Below are positions 46,208-58,092 of a stretch of DNA of 64,000 nucleotides, piece by piece (position 1 is the stretch's first letter; the number at the start of each line of letters is the position of its first letter). Source of the DNA: Podarcis liolepis (Eukaryota); assembly GCA_965112155.1 (NCBI GenBank), contig OZ218102.1; one strand, given 5' to 3'. A program made the position numbers and the translations under genes. Under the pieces are notes generated by a model. It was not told the DNA's origin. It was given only the letters and a program-made list of their open reading frames with translations, and ran no database searches.

Positions 46208-48880
46208 CCATATTGAAAACCTTGTTCATAGGATTCCTTCAAAATAAGAATTAGAGCTCGAGGACCATGGAATCCACCAAGCTGATTGGGTGCTGGCCAC
46301 TAAATTCATTTCTACAAAATCCCCATTGAGAGTTAAATTACAACTGAAAATTATCTATCTGTACAAATACAAAAACCACTGCATTAGTGATCCTTCCCAT
46401 TGATCTGTGCTGGTAAATGGCATTAAGCTCTTCAGGTGGGCATGCTCTGTGGTTTTTTAAATAACTCTCATAATCATGAGGTCAGATGATAGGTTTCCAG
46501 AAGAAGTCTCTCAAAATTTAAAAAGAGCTTTCTAATAGAAAAGCATTTCACAAACTTGAGCGCATCGATACATTGCTTCCCCAAGGAAGAAAAGAACCAG
46601 CAGCTTGCTAATAACTGTGGGTTCTCAAATAATCCTGTGCATTAGGTCCCCTAATTACAACTGTATGTTCCAATTTTGTATCGTACTTGGAATATTTAAT
46701 TCCATTTGCCTCTGGTGTGTGTCACTTCTTGGGGGTTTTAGAGGAAACCTGACATCATGCGGTCAGTGTAATTGCATGCAGTCACAAGAGGAATTCCCAC
46801 AGCCTCCAATCGCTAGTCAACAAATGCACCCTGCCTCAAAGCCCAGACAGTTAATGCAGAGAAGGGGACAGCATTTCTGGAGAAACGATCCCAGTGCAAC
46901 GTGTCTGCTGGAGAAGGGATGAAGGTCCAAAATGTTATTGGACAGAGCACGGGCAGCTAACACCTGGCCCAGGAACCCGATTAAACCCTCAAGCAAAATT
47001 TTCCAGCACCCCAAGATCCCACCAGTTTTGGTGGTGGTGATGAAAAACAAAACAAAAATAATAAAGACACAAGGTTGTGGTGGGGCAAAAGGTTTGAACT
47101 TTTCTGAGCTTGGATAAAGATGCAAATTGCACCTTTCTGGGCCACCAGATAGGCCATTTGAGAAAATAAGAGTTGGTAACTGGCTCTCCTTGACTGATCT
47201 ACTTATGCCCCTGTGTGTACACATGTGCAGGAGTGTGGTGTGGCCACAGCTACTTGTGGCATGCAGTTTCCCAGAGGTTTGACCAAGGGGAAATATGGTC
47301 CTTGAGATAGAGGCAAAGAATTGGGAAGGGAACGGTGCCACTAAAAGAATAGTATGTGGGACCACAAGAATTGTGCTATCTGTGGCGCGAACAAGGCAGT
47401 GAATATGTGGTGGTTGAAAAGTGCTGGAAAATCTATCGGGAGAAGGCCATGAGGAGGAAAGGCATCTTTCAAGTTGATGTGCCACTTTTCTGCCATCGTT
47501 GGTAGAATCAAGGCAGCTTAATAGAAGGTCACAAACACAATGGAATAAGAACTCCTGCAACATGATATGATATAATTAATGGCAATGCAATCAGGAGAAC
47601 AGGCCATTCTTACAGCAATAGGAAAAGCAGAAGATCTGCTCTACCTATCCACCCACCCAAACATTTACACAAGAATGAAGCAACATCTGGAAAAAGGGGT
47701 GCATCTTGGAGTATTTTAAATTTATTTTCGAGACTTCGTTAAACGAATCCCGGTGATTCAGCAGCACTCTAATTAGCCATCTTGGAGAGCACATAAACAT
47801 CTAAATGCAGCTGTCTTCTGTTACAGTAAATGTTTCTCTCTCTCAAATTAGGCCCACTTCCAAGTGGAAAAAGCCTTTGTGTTGAAGGTTGCATTTGAAC
47901 GCCGACTAATTGGTTAAGAGCCTATAATTCGGTATTGGGTAGGCAAGGAAGGAGGTCGGGTGTGTGCTTCCACTGCTTGGATTTGAAATCTGAGACCAAG
48001 TAATTCCTTGTATGGATTAGAAATTTAAGTATATAGGAGTTGTGAGAGAACATGAAACCAAAGGTGCAAGCAGCGCTTATATCTAAAGTAATACAAAAGT
48101 GAGGGGGAGGGAGCAAGAAATCCCTCTCACTCCAAACCCAAAATAATTAAAATAAGTGAACAGGGAAGTTCTGCCACATGTCTAATTTGACATGCTCTTT
48201 TACTCCTTTACTGGTACTCTAAATTATGGACTATATACCAGATTTGTTTCTAATCTTGGGCTATCAAAATGGTCCAATCACATTTAGGCTGTCTTCATAT
48301 ATATTTCAGAAGTTCAGGGGCTTTCCTCTGTATTTCTGCTGAAAGAGGAGAGAAATATGTTGCCTTTTGTATTCCCATATCCCCCCCTTTGTTTACTGTA
48401 GCGCCTCTTTCTCCTTCTGTTTCTTAGACCTATACTTTGACCACACCACTGTACCTTCCCCCTCCTTCCAGTCTCTTCCATACATACAACACTTCCTGTT
48501 TTTAAATCTTGGGCTGCAGCGTTCCTTGGAAATGAAGGAGTTAAAACTGAGCTCTAAGAGGAAGCAAAGCATTGTGAGGTGTTTCTGTGCTTTACTTCAG
48601 TTTTCTAAATGTTGTGCAGAAAATTAGTCATGCTTTTCCCCCTCAGTTTTTGTGAGTCACACAATTTTAATCCCCATGCATTGCTTTGAAACTGTCAGCC
48701 CTGCTATCTTGCACTATCCATTATGTTTCCATTTTGCTGCTGCGGTAATGGGACCAAGAGCTCTAAATTCATTCTCTTCCAGTGCAAAAAAAGAAGCATG
48801 AAAAGCATACTGTTTGTATTCTAGTTGCTCTTTAAAAATTCCCCCTGTAGTTGGTCTGTATGGGTCAAGATCTGTAATGA

Positions 48881-48928
<48 letters not shown>

Positions 48929-49417
48929 TAATAATATAATTTATTTATACATACATACATGCCCTACCCATCTGACTAGGTTTCCCCAGCCACTCTGGGC
49001 AGCTCCCAACCGAATGTTAAAAACACAATACAACATTAAACATTAAAAACTTCCCTAAACAGGGCTGCCTTCAGATGTCTTTTAAAAGTCAGATAGTTGC
49101 TTATTTCCTTGACATTTGCTGGGAGGGCATTCTGCAGGGCAGGCGCCACTACTGAGAAGGCCCTCTGCTCGGTTCCCTGTAACATCACTTCTCACAGTGA
49201 GAGAGAAGGCCCTTGGCGCTGGACCTCAGTGTCTGGGCTGAACAATGGGTGTGGAGACGCTCCTTCAGGTATACAGGGCCAAGGCCATTTAGGGCCTTAA
49301 AGGTCAGCACCAATACTTTGAATTGTGTTCGGAAATGTACTGGCAGCCAATGCAGGTCTCTTAGGACCAGTGTTATATGGTCTCAGCGGCCACTCCCAGG
49401 CACCAGTCTAGCTGCCG
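48881..49417 (-). mobile_element. L2-type LINE 3' fragment with (AAT)n tail
   Basis: Collinear with 16032-16376 and extends further 5' (reverse LHWLPV motif at tactggcagccaatgcagg). Confidence 0.8.
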
Positions 49418-50239
49418 GACATCCTTTAAAAAAAAACCTTTGACAGAAAGTCTTTAAAAAGAAGAAGAGAGAGACTTGGAACACTAGCTGTAAATAAAAA
49501 TTGCTTTGAGAAAGAACATAAGACTCTTCATATTTGCAAAATCACTATCACCTCCATCATGGGATCATGGACAATTCTGTCCCAAGAAAACATTCTATAG
49601 TGAGAGGACACAGGGAAGGAAACCTCAGACCTGGGGGCCAAAGGTGACTCTCCAGGCCTCTTTACCTGACTCATAAGATTCTCCCCAGGCCACACACTTT
49701 CCAAAGACACACTCCCCTCACTAGCCCTACTTTCCACTCCCCTTGTGAGTTTTTCGTTGGCTGGGATGCATCCTCGAACTCACATAATGATTGCCTGAGT
49801 ACACGTTTTGTTTGTGTGTGTGAAGCAGCCAGCCTATAGTCCAAAGGCAAAATCACATTTTGTTGCTCTGCCCTCTTTTGCCTCTGGCACCATCCCCACC
49901 ACTGGCATGTGGTCTGCAGAAGCTTGCCCCCAAGGAAATCAGGTCCCACTAGCCAGAAAAGGATTCCCCAGTCCTGCTAATATGGTTTTCAGGTTTTGAC
50001 TTGTAGAGTGACTTAATGAGCAACAGTTGGATTAAAAAGTTAAAAACAAACCTGTCTGGCACCAGCATCTAATTTTGCACTACCATCCCCAGGGATAGGC
50101 CTTCCTGTGCAAACTGGCATACAATTCCTGCCCAGGAATTTCCTTGTATGGAAGTTTCACACTCTTTCAGGACACACAGTAAGTGCATCAATAGCAGGTT
50201 GTGGTTCCACAAACCATTCATTGCTCATGCTTTCAATTA

Positions 50240-50481
50240 CAATGGTACCTCGGGTTACATCTGCTTCAGGTTACATATGTTTCAGGTTACAGACTCCGCT
50301 AACCCAGAAATAGTACCGTGGGTTAAGAACTTTGCTTCAGGATGAGAACAGAAATCGTTATCTGGCGGCGTGGTGGCAGCAGGAGGCCCCATTAGCGAAA
50401 GTGGTGCTTCAGGTTAAGAACAGTTTCAGGTTAAGGATGGACCTCCAGAATGAATTAAGTACTTAACCCGAGGTACCACTA
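50240..50481. mobile_element. Tc1/mariner-type MITE, family A
   Basis: Same body; TIR ends slightly mutated; TA flanks. Confidence 0.88.
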
Positions 50482-50957
50482 TATTACTATTCATTCAGTT
50501 TATATCCCACACTTCCTCCCATCGAAGCCCAGAGCAGCAAACATAGAAATAATTGTGATATTAAACGGTTATTATCTTATCTTGACTAAAGCCTTATTAG
50601 TAATTCTGCTTCTCTCACACATCGGGGGGGGGGGGGGAATTGCCCTCAAGAGTGGCATTTCAGGTCTACTTTGTCATGAGCCAGAGTCACTTGCCCATAG
50701 TTTCCTTCCATTCATCAATGGAAGGAATCATCAAATGCCTGAGTAAACAGAACAGCTTTTTAATCTCCCCCCCCCCCTCAGGAAGACAGACAGACCTTAT
50801 CAGGGAGGGCATTCCACAAACAGGTAACTACCATTGAAATGGCCCTGTCATGCCATGTTCAACATCACCTGGGCAGCCCATTTGTGTGATGTAAGTGCAT
50901 CTTAAAGCTATCCTACAAATTAGTGGCCTTAAAAAGAGCAAAGACTAAAGCCAATGG

Positions 50958-51360
50958 TTTTCCCAGTAGTGATGTATGGAAGTGAGAGCTGGACCATAAA
51001 GAAGGCTGATCACTGAAGAATTGATGCTTTTGAATTATGGTGCTGGAGGAGACTCTTGAGAGTCCCATGAACTGCAAGAAGATCAAACCTACCCATTCTT
51101 AAGGAAATCAGCCCTGAGTTCTCACTGGAAGGACAGATCCTGAAGTTTGGTCACCTCATGAGAAGAGCCCTGGAAAAGACCCTGGTGTTGGGAAAGATGG
51201 AGGGCACAAGAAGAAGGGGACGACAGAGGACGAGATGGTTGGACAGTGTTCTTGAAGCTACCAACATGAGTGTGACCAGGAGGCAGTGCAAGACAGGAGT
51301 GCCTGGCGTGCTCTGGTCCATGAGTTCACGAAGAGTTGGACACGACTAAACGACAACAAC
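50958..51360 (+). mobile_element. BovB/RTE LINE 3' fragment
   Basis: ttttcccagtagtgatgtatgg..gaattgatgcttttgaa..GRQRTRWLDSV..ggacacgactaaacgac(aac)n; 11-bp TSD AAAGCCAATGG at 50947-50957 and 51361-51371. Confidence 0.9.
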
Positions 51361-52312
51361 AAAGCCAATGGCAGCTAAAAGATGTTGCCGCTAACTAAAC
51401 TTGTGACATCAGCTTTTGAATTCTCAGCCATCCAACAAAATACAAGAAGTGATTCGCTTTGATATCATCGCTGGCTACGTTGCACGTGACAGCAGTAGTG
51501 AGCCAGAGTACTGATCACTTTTTAAGTGTTTTGAATCCCAGTGTCTTGTCTTCAACCATTCTGCAGTTGTGGTTCTGAACCAGAACAGCCGCTTCTTGTT
51601 CAGCAAAACTCATTTGTAAAAGTGAGGACGAAATGATGACAGAAGAGCATTCACACAAAAAGCTAAAATCCTCCCCAAAGATGCTGATGTGACCTGATGA
51701 GAAAAGACCTAGTTAGCCTTTTGCTATGATCTTGACCTCGTGACCCAGTTGAAAAAGTCACTACAGGCACTGTCCGTTACTAAATGTGTCTCATGGTCAT
51801 CAAAGGAATTGTAACACTTCAGAAATGAGTGATTCATGGAGGAATTGAAGGCAAAAGCTGCAGTTCATGGGCCTTCAGTCTTGATTTTGGGATGGGGCTG
51901 GGGTGTTCTTCAATAGTTCTGTGACCTTCACTGCTGCATGTGTGAGAGCATTCTGGGAAAGTTCCTTGTACATGACAGCCAAATATTGACTCTTTAGCAC
52001 CACGTCTCTATTCTTTAAGACCTTCACAGACATATTTAATCAAGATTTAATCAACTTAAAAGGAGCTGCTTAAAGGCAGTATAATATATTTGGGGTTTTA
52101 GCTCACCAAGGAGGATTGTGAATTAAACACAAAAGGAGGCCAGGAGGAGTCTTGGAAATAAAAGCAGGAAAATGATATGAAACTTATTCTGGAGGGGGAT
52201 ATTTGAGAATGTATAGGGAGTCCCAAGGAGAGAGAGATTTCATGTGGTGCTTGGTAGGGAAGAAGCACGGAGATAGAAAACACAAATCCCATGGATAGCA
52301 AACCACTGAGAA

Positions 52313-53069
52313 CCTCTATGCCAGGCATAATTTTATCAACTCCTATTGTGTCACCACTCACCTTGTCTCTAAACTGAAAAGTCCCAAATGCTGCAAGCTT
52401 TCCTCATAGGGAAGTTGCTTCATCAGCTTTCATCAGCTTCTTCCAGTGTTAACTTGGACGTTATATATTGCCTCATTCTTCACATGACAGGAATGGTTTT
52501 AGCAGGTTTTGTTCATGAGAAACTGAAGTTCTGAGCAAGTAACCTAAATGGAATGAACTGCCATGCAGTTTTCCAGTTACATTGCTGATCTTATTTGACT
52601 GCATTGACTTGGCTAGAAGATGCAAAGCAGTCTTTATTTGTACTAAATTAAGACTGGTGTAGAAATATGTAGGCTTTAGAGTTTTGCAGCAGCACACACC
52701 CTTCCAATGCCTTAACAGGCATGTATCTAAGTTTTAGCAGTTCTTTAGCAATTTGCAAATTGTTGCCACATGGGTGAAAATTAAAGCGTTTTGCTCCAAT
52801 CTCCTTGATTTGTTTTATTGGGGATAAGAAATATGGTTTTGGGAGATTTGTTTAGTTGGGGAGGAAACTGAATGACAAAGTGATCAACTCTGAAAAGCAG
52901 GTGGTGTAAAACATATATATATATTGCATTAGTCTGTGTCCCAAAGTTTACTGAAACACTCATGGATCAAGGAAGTTGGTTTTCCCATTGCCAGGGTGCA
53001 CAAGGAAATACAGAGAACACAACTCCTATTCGAAACAGGCTTTTAAAGCATGTGGGAGAAGAATTTTCC
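52313..53069 (+). repeat. Intronic duplication, copy 2 (no SINE; extra segment 52636-52954)
   Basis: Direct comparison with copy 1. Confidence 0.92.
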
Positions 53070-53824
53070 TCTTGCAGTGAGATATGCTAGCACAAATTGT
53101 TATTTTTTCAGGTCTTTAATAATCTAGCTCTTCATGGCTTGCCATATCTTTACCCAAGGCATATATTTGCACAAGAAACTAAGTTCATAAAATGTGGAGC
53201 CCTTTTTTTCCCTTTTAAAGTTGAAATTTGCTCTTTTTGTTTTGATGGTCCCTGTTGTGAAGTTTAGCATTTTTAACCTGCTTCTTTCTATACACTCCAG
53301 TAATATTTCCTGTTGTTATTTCATTCACAGCAATATAAACTACAGAAAGCCAGAGGTAAATTATGCAATATTGCTGGTGTAACTTACCTCTTTTCCAAAC
53401 TCTAAACAGGAGCAGGGGCTCCCCTAGCAGAGGGGTAATAATCCCTTAAAACAGAGTTTGACATACACCGCTTTTTTGCCAGTATAACTTTCTCTGGGTT
53501 ACTTAGTCACATGTCTCTCCCCGCACCCAGTGTCTTGTCCCCACCATTCCCCTGAAACATCCTTTTGTGGGGACTTAATTCAGAGTCAGCTTTGCTAGCT
53601 GAGCCCCAGTTGATCTGGGATCAAGGAGCTATGCTGGCATATATCTGGCTGAGCTGGAGAGATGCCGATATGCTGGTCTCAAAAGTACCATGCCAAGATG
53701 ACAGGAGTGAATTGCTGTAACTGAAAATGTGTCTGAGACTTGAGGGGGGGTGCTACTTGGGTGAAAGGCAGGGTATAAATGAAATGAAATAAGCACATCT
53801 CTGTTATCTGTGTGCTGTCTCCAG

Positions 53825-54004
53825 GTGGTTATGTACATTGGCCAAGTCTCAAAGGACCTGCTCAAGTGGCCCCGCCCTTGTTCTCCACCTGTTGTCAAGC
53901 TAGAAAAAAGGACCACTGCAGAGTATGGAATGCCATCCACACATGCAATGGCAGCAACCGCCATTTCTTTTACATTTGTGGTTACAACTGTGAACAAGTA
54001 CAAG
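53825..54004 (+). CDS. SGPP2: SGPP2 exon 3 (60 codons; C1 KDLLKWPRP and C2 PSTH motifs)
   Basis: Acceptor tctccag|GTG; [35 protein letters not shown]; donor AAG|gtaggc. Confidence 0.96.
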
Positions 54005-54101
54005 GTAGGCATGCAGTGTGGTGTGCTGGATAAGGCAGATCTTTCCAAACTTTTCGTGTTGGTGACACACTCTTTCTCATGCATCATTTCATGACACAGT
54101 A

Positions 54102-54375
54102 CAGTAGTACCTCAGGTTACAGATGCTTCAGGTTACAGATGCTTCAGGTTACAGACGCTTCAGGTTACAGACGCTTCAGGTTACAGACTCTGCTAACCCA
54201 GAAATAGTACCTCAGGTTAAGAACTTTGCTTCAGGATGAGAACAGAAATTGTGCTCTGGTGGCACGGCAGCAGTGGGAGGCCCCATTAGCTAAAGTGGTG
54301 CTTCAGGTTAAGAACAGTTTCAGGTTCAGAACGGACCTCCAGAATGAATTAAGTTCTTAACCCGAGGTACCACTG
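54102..54375. mobile_element. Tc1/mariner-type MITE, family A, with expanded 16-bp internal repeat
   Basis: TA TSD; four tandem gcttcaggttacaga(t/c) units; about 100 bp downstream of the SGPP2 exon 3 donor. Confidence 0.9.
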
Positions 54376-54894
54376 TAATTCAGTTTTACTAGCAAACTGG
54401 AGGCTAAACTAACCCCTTTCCAGCCCCAGAAAGTGTAGCCTCTCCAAAAACTTTGGCTTAAATCTAAGAAGTGTAGGCTTGGTGTGTTCCCTTTCTCTCC
54501 CTCCCACACCATCTCAGGCAAAATTGCCCCACTGATCTTGCCACACAGGGGCAGCTCTAGCTGAATCCAGCATGATCTAAAAGCCTTTCCCTTTTACTCT
54601 GCAACCAGACCCCACATTCTACACATTCATCTGTATAATGGCATCATGACCACTTTGTTTTCAAGCCATGACCTAATAGTTTCTGTTATGTGCCTTTTCC
54701 AGGGATCTGAATCTCTCTTTCTGACGTGAGCTTTTCGCTCAGATCATTCCTAAGGATTTATAGCCAATTTGTTTGTTTGTGCTGATGTGAAGTTAGAATA
54801 TTCTGTTCCATTTGGCTCCTGTCTGCTATTCTGTTACATAACCATACAGTTTGGAGACCTTATTTGGGAGCCCTTCACAATTGAATTTTGTATT

Positions 54895-55010
54895 CTTGAC
54901 TGACTTTGCCATCTGCAAATGTGGCTACATCCACTGCTTGATTCCATATATTTATGAACAGGTCTAACGGCACAGGTCCAAATACGGGGGTGAGGTCCTC
55001 TTCACTATCT
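54895..55010 (-). mobile_element. Degenerate CR1 reverse-transcriptase fragment
   Basis: Translation PVFGPVPLDLFINIW..TFADG resembles the RT motif SVLGPVLFNxFINDL..FADD. Confidence 0.55.
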
Positions 55011-55348
55011 GTTGACTTCTTCATCCAGTGTTGGACTAAATAGAGTGCAGCTTTTGCATTTTCCATTCCTAGGGCTCAGTAGCCCCTGTGGAGGTTGAAA
55101 TTTTATCCTTTTCCAACAATTGTAGGTGATTCATTTATTCTAAGGATAACATTACAAATCATCACTGCTAGTCCAGGTTGTTTGGAAATGTTACTTGAAT
55201 ACATCAAACTTCTGCTATTCTAGAATGCAGTTGATTCTGAATTAGAATGGCCTGGCCATTGATAAAAGTCTGATGGTGCCTTATTTGATTCTTTGTGATA
55301 TATGCAACTGCTATTAATGTATCTTTCACTCCCCTTTTATGTTTACAG

Positions 55349-55438
55349 TACCCACTTGAACTAGGCCTGCTGGGAGCCTTCTTATTTTCAACTCTGGTAT
55401 GCCTCAGCAGAATTTACACTGGAATGCACACAGTTTTG
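55349..55438 (+). CDS. SGPP2: SGPP2 exon 4 (30 codons; most of the C3 motif)
   Basis: Acceptor tttacag|TAC; YPLELGLLGAFLFSTLVCLSRIYTGMHTVL; donor TTG|gtaagg. Confidence 0.96.
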
Positions 55439-56866
55439 GTAAGGTCTCTCCTTAGTTTATTGCCCATTTTTTGGGATTTATATCCTGAAGCATGAACATA
55501 AACCAGTGCATGTTCAAAGCAAATGGAACACAAAAACTGCCTAAATTGTAGTTAAACCCTCTTCTAGAAATAGCACATAAACTTGCAGCTCAACCTATTC
55601 TGCATCCATTTTCTCTCTTTTCAACCTATCTTTTCCATGCAAAGCTCATGTATGTAACATATAATAAACAAGTAAGGCTGTTGTCATGTTGCAGTTCTCT
55701 TGGTGGCTGACAGGTGGCTGCTGCAAATAACAGCATGATGGTAAACTTCTGATAGCTGTTGGCCATTGGATGAGGAAGACAGAAGAAGGCAGGTATAAAT
55801 CAAGGGAGGGGTGGCTTTGGTGGCCTCTAAATGGAGCGGGTAGGGTAGATGGGGTTGGTAAGTGAAGCAGAGGCACAGCCCCTTGTTTATAAATAATATC
55901 CTATGCTTGAACATCATCAGCCTCTCTCACTGCACGCATACATTGAGCACCATTCTTTAGGCATCTCTTGTTTTTACTGTAGTTACCCCTTGGGGCAAAG
56001 CCTTACTGGTAGAATTAAGTACAGTAGCTTGCTAGCTTAGTGGTGAGCTGGACTTTCTGCTCCTCCTTCTCCCAGGGCTACAAGTATTTCTGGTGACTGG
56101 GAAGGGCTGCAAAGCTGGGCGATTTGCTGGCTGGAATGCATAATCTTGACTCACAGTATGTTATATGACTACTCCTACATGTAGCCTCTTTCACTGAAAA
56201 TTAGGCCTGATGTAGCTACTGTAGTGAGAAGAGGTGTGCATCATTTTTCATAGTGCCGCTAGCTGATTCTATACCATGAGCCTCCTGGATTCACTCATGA
56301 CATTTGCTTGTTTACCATCCTCATCAGGCACATTGGTAAAGGTCTTGACCTCAGTAGATCAAACCAATAATTTGAAAGGGAGGATGTCTCCAGTCTAGAT
56401 TTAACTAATGACCTAAAGTCAGACAGTAAAAATTCTCTGCATATTTCCCTTGATAAGTGATAAGAAGAGACTTTTCTAAATTCAGATGGGGTTGGTGGTA
56501 AAGAAGAGAGAAGCCTTTGTTGACATTCTTGAAAGAACAAAGCTACTGTAATTTGGGTGGGGAGGGGAGTCCCCTCCTTTCAATAGATTTAAATTATAGT
56601 TCTGTGAGATTTTTTTGCTATCACAAGAACATGAAATACAGTGCAGTCCTGTGCATGCCTATTCAGAAGTAAGGTCCATTCCATGAGACTTTGTCCCAGG
56701 TAAGTAACTGTTGAATTGTAGCCTTAAAAGATTTTAATATGGTTGCATAATTGGTTTATATATATTTTTTGTAAGTCACTTAGAGGCCTACTGTGGCATT
56801 TAGCAGTATATAACATAATAAAGACTAATAATAATAATAATGTAGCAGCAAAAAAATGTTCTGCAA

Positions 56867-56908
56867 TTTAAATCTATTTGAATAAACTTTAAATCTATTT
56901 GAATAAAC
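56867..56908. repeat. Perfect 21-bp tandem duplication
   Basis: tttaaatctatttgaataaac twice. Confidence 0.9.
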
Positions 56909-58037
56909 TTAGTTATCTATGTAGAAGATTTCTTGAATCTTGTCCTGATCCTAGAATAACTTCCACTCTTCTCTCACAACACCCTGGAATGTTGTAGATT
57001 CCAGCATCATGGAGGATGTAAAATGGTGGTCTGACCATCAACACAGTTGCTGCTACTATCACCTACAGTGGAAAAAACAAAACTAAAAAATAGCAAAATT
57101 GGAAGTCTGTGCTAATGGTGAATTCCATCCCTGAGAAACTGTTGGAGAGATTCCTTGCTTTGCTCTTGCCCTAAGAAATTCAACAGTGCCCACAATATAT
57201 TTGCATCTGCACCCAAATATGGAGAATTTCAAGAGGCCATTAGTGCATAGCTCTAGGGTGAACCACTTGGAGGTTCTGTTTACCATCAAGTGGTATATAC
57301 ATTTTGTTTAAATAATAAGTAGCATATTATTACAAAAGTTGGGTGTCACCCCCCCCCACTCTCTCTACCAAGCCGTAGCAAAATTTCAGGGGGGTTCCAG
57401 GTGCTCACCCAGGGGCTGTGCTCCTTTGGAAAATTGAAGATGTGGTGGAGACAGTCTTAGCTTTAAGAAATATGATTGATTCAGCTATTTACACCTTCAG
57501 TCTGCATGGAGGGAGTCAAGCTCTTACAGCATAGTCATCTCAAGCAGGGCTTGTTTCCCACAGCAGTGCAACTTTGGAGTCAAAGGCATCACAACCAGTC
57601 AGCCTTCGGCCAGCCGTCCCAAGATGGATCTCAGTCTTCTCTTTCCACCCCCTGTCTTCTTCTTCTCCGTTTTTTAACTAAAAATCACTCTTTTCCTGTC
57701 ACCGCTCACACATACCCCATCACCCTGGCAACCTCTGCCTGCCCAGGCCCAAGAAGGGCCAATAACACCTTTTGTCATGTTAATGCCTCTATGCCAGGTG
57801 AGCCCCTGGCTTGGAAAGGAACCTTAGCCTATATTTATCCACTGGCCTGCAATCTTCCCTTCAATACTCCAAATAATTAAAATCAAAATTTCTAGGGTTT
57901 AGCTCCCCCCCCCACCCTGCATACCAATAACCATATTCTTCATTTTACATTCACCATGGGCTGCAGATGTGTTGACATGATTTTAACATGCTATTCTTCT
58001 CGTATGTAATTGACAGTAGCTGAAGTCCTCTAAATGG

Positions 58038-58083
<46 letters not shown>

Positions 58084-58092
58084 GCTTGCTTC
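58038..58092. repeat. (GCTT)n tetranucleotide microsatellite
   Basis: Read directly. Confidence 0.95.

Noticed and set aside
54110-54190. CRISPR-like or regulatory repeat array
   Set aside because: Head-to-tail 16-bp units with no spacers, inside a TA-flanked MITE in a vertebrate intron.
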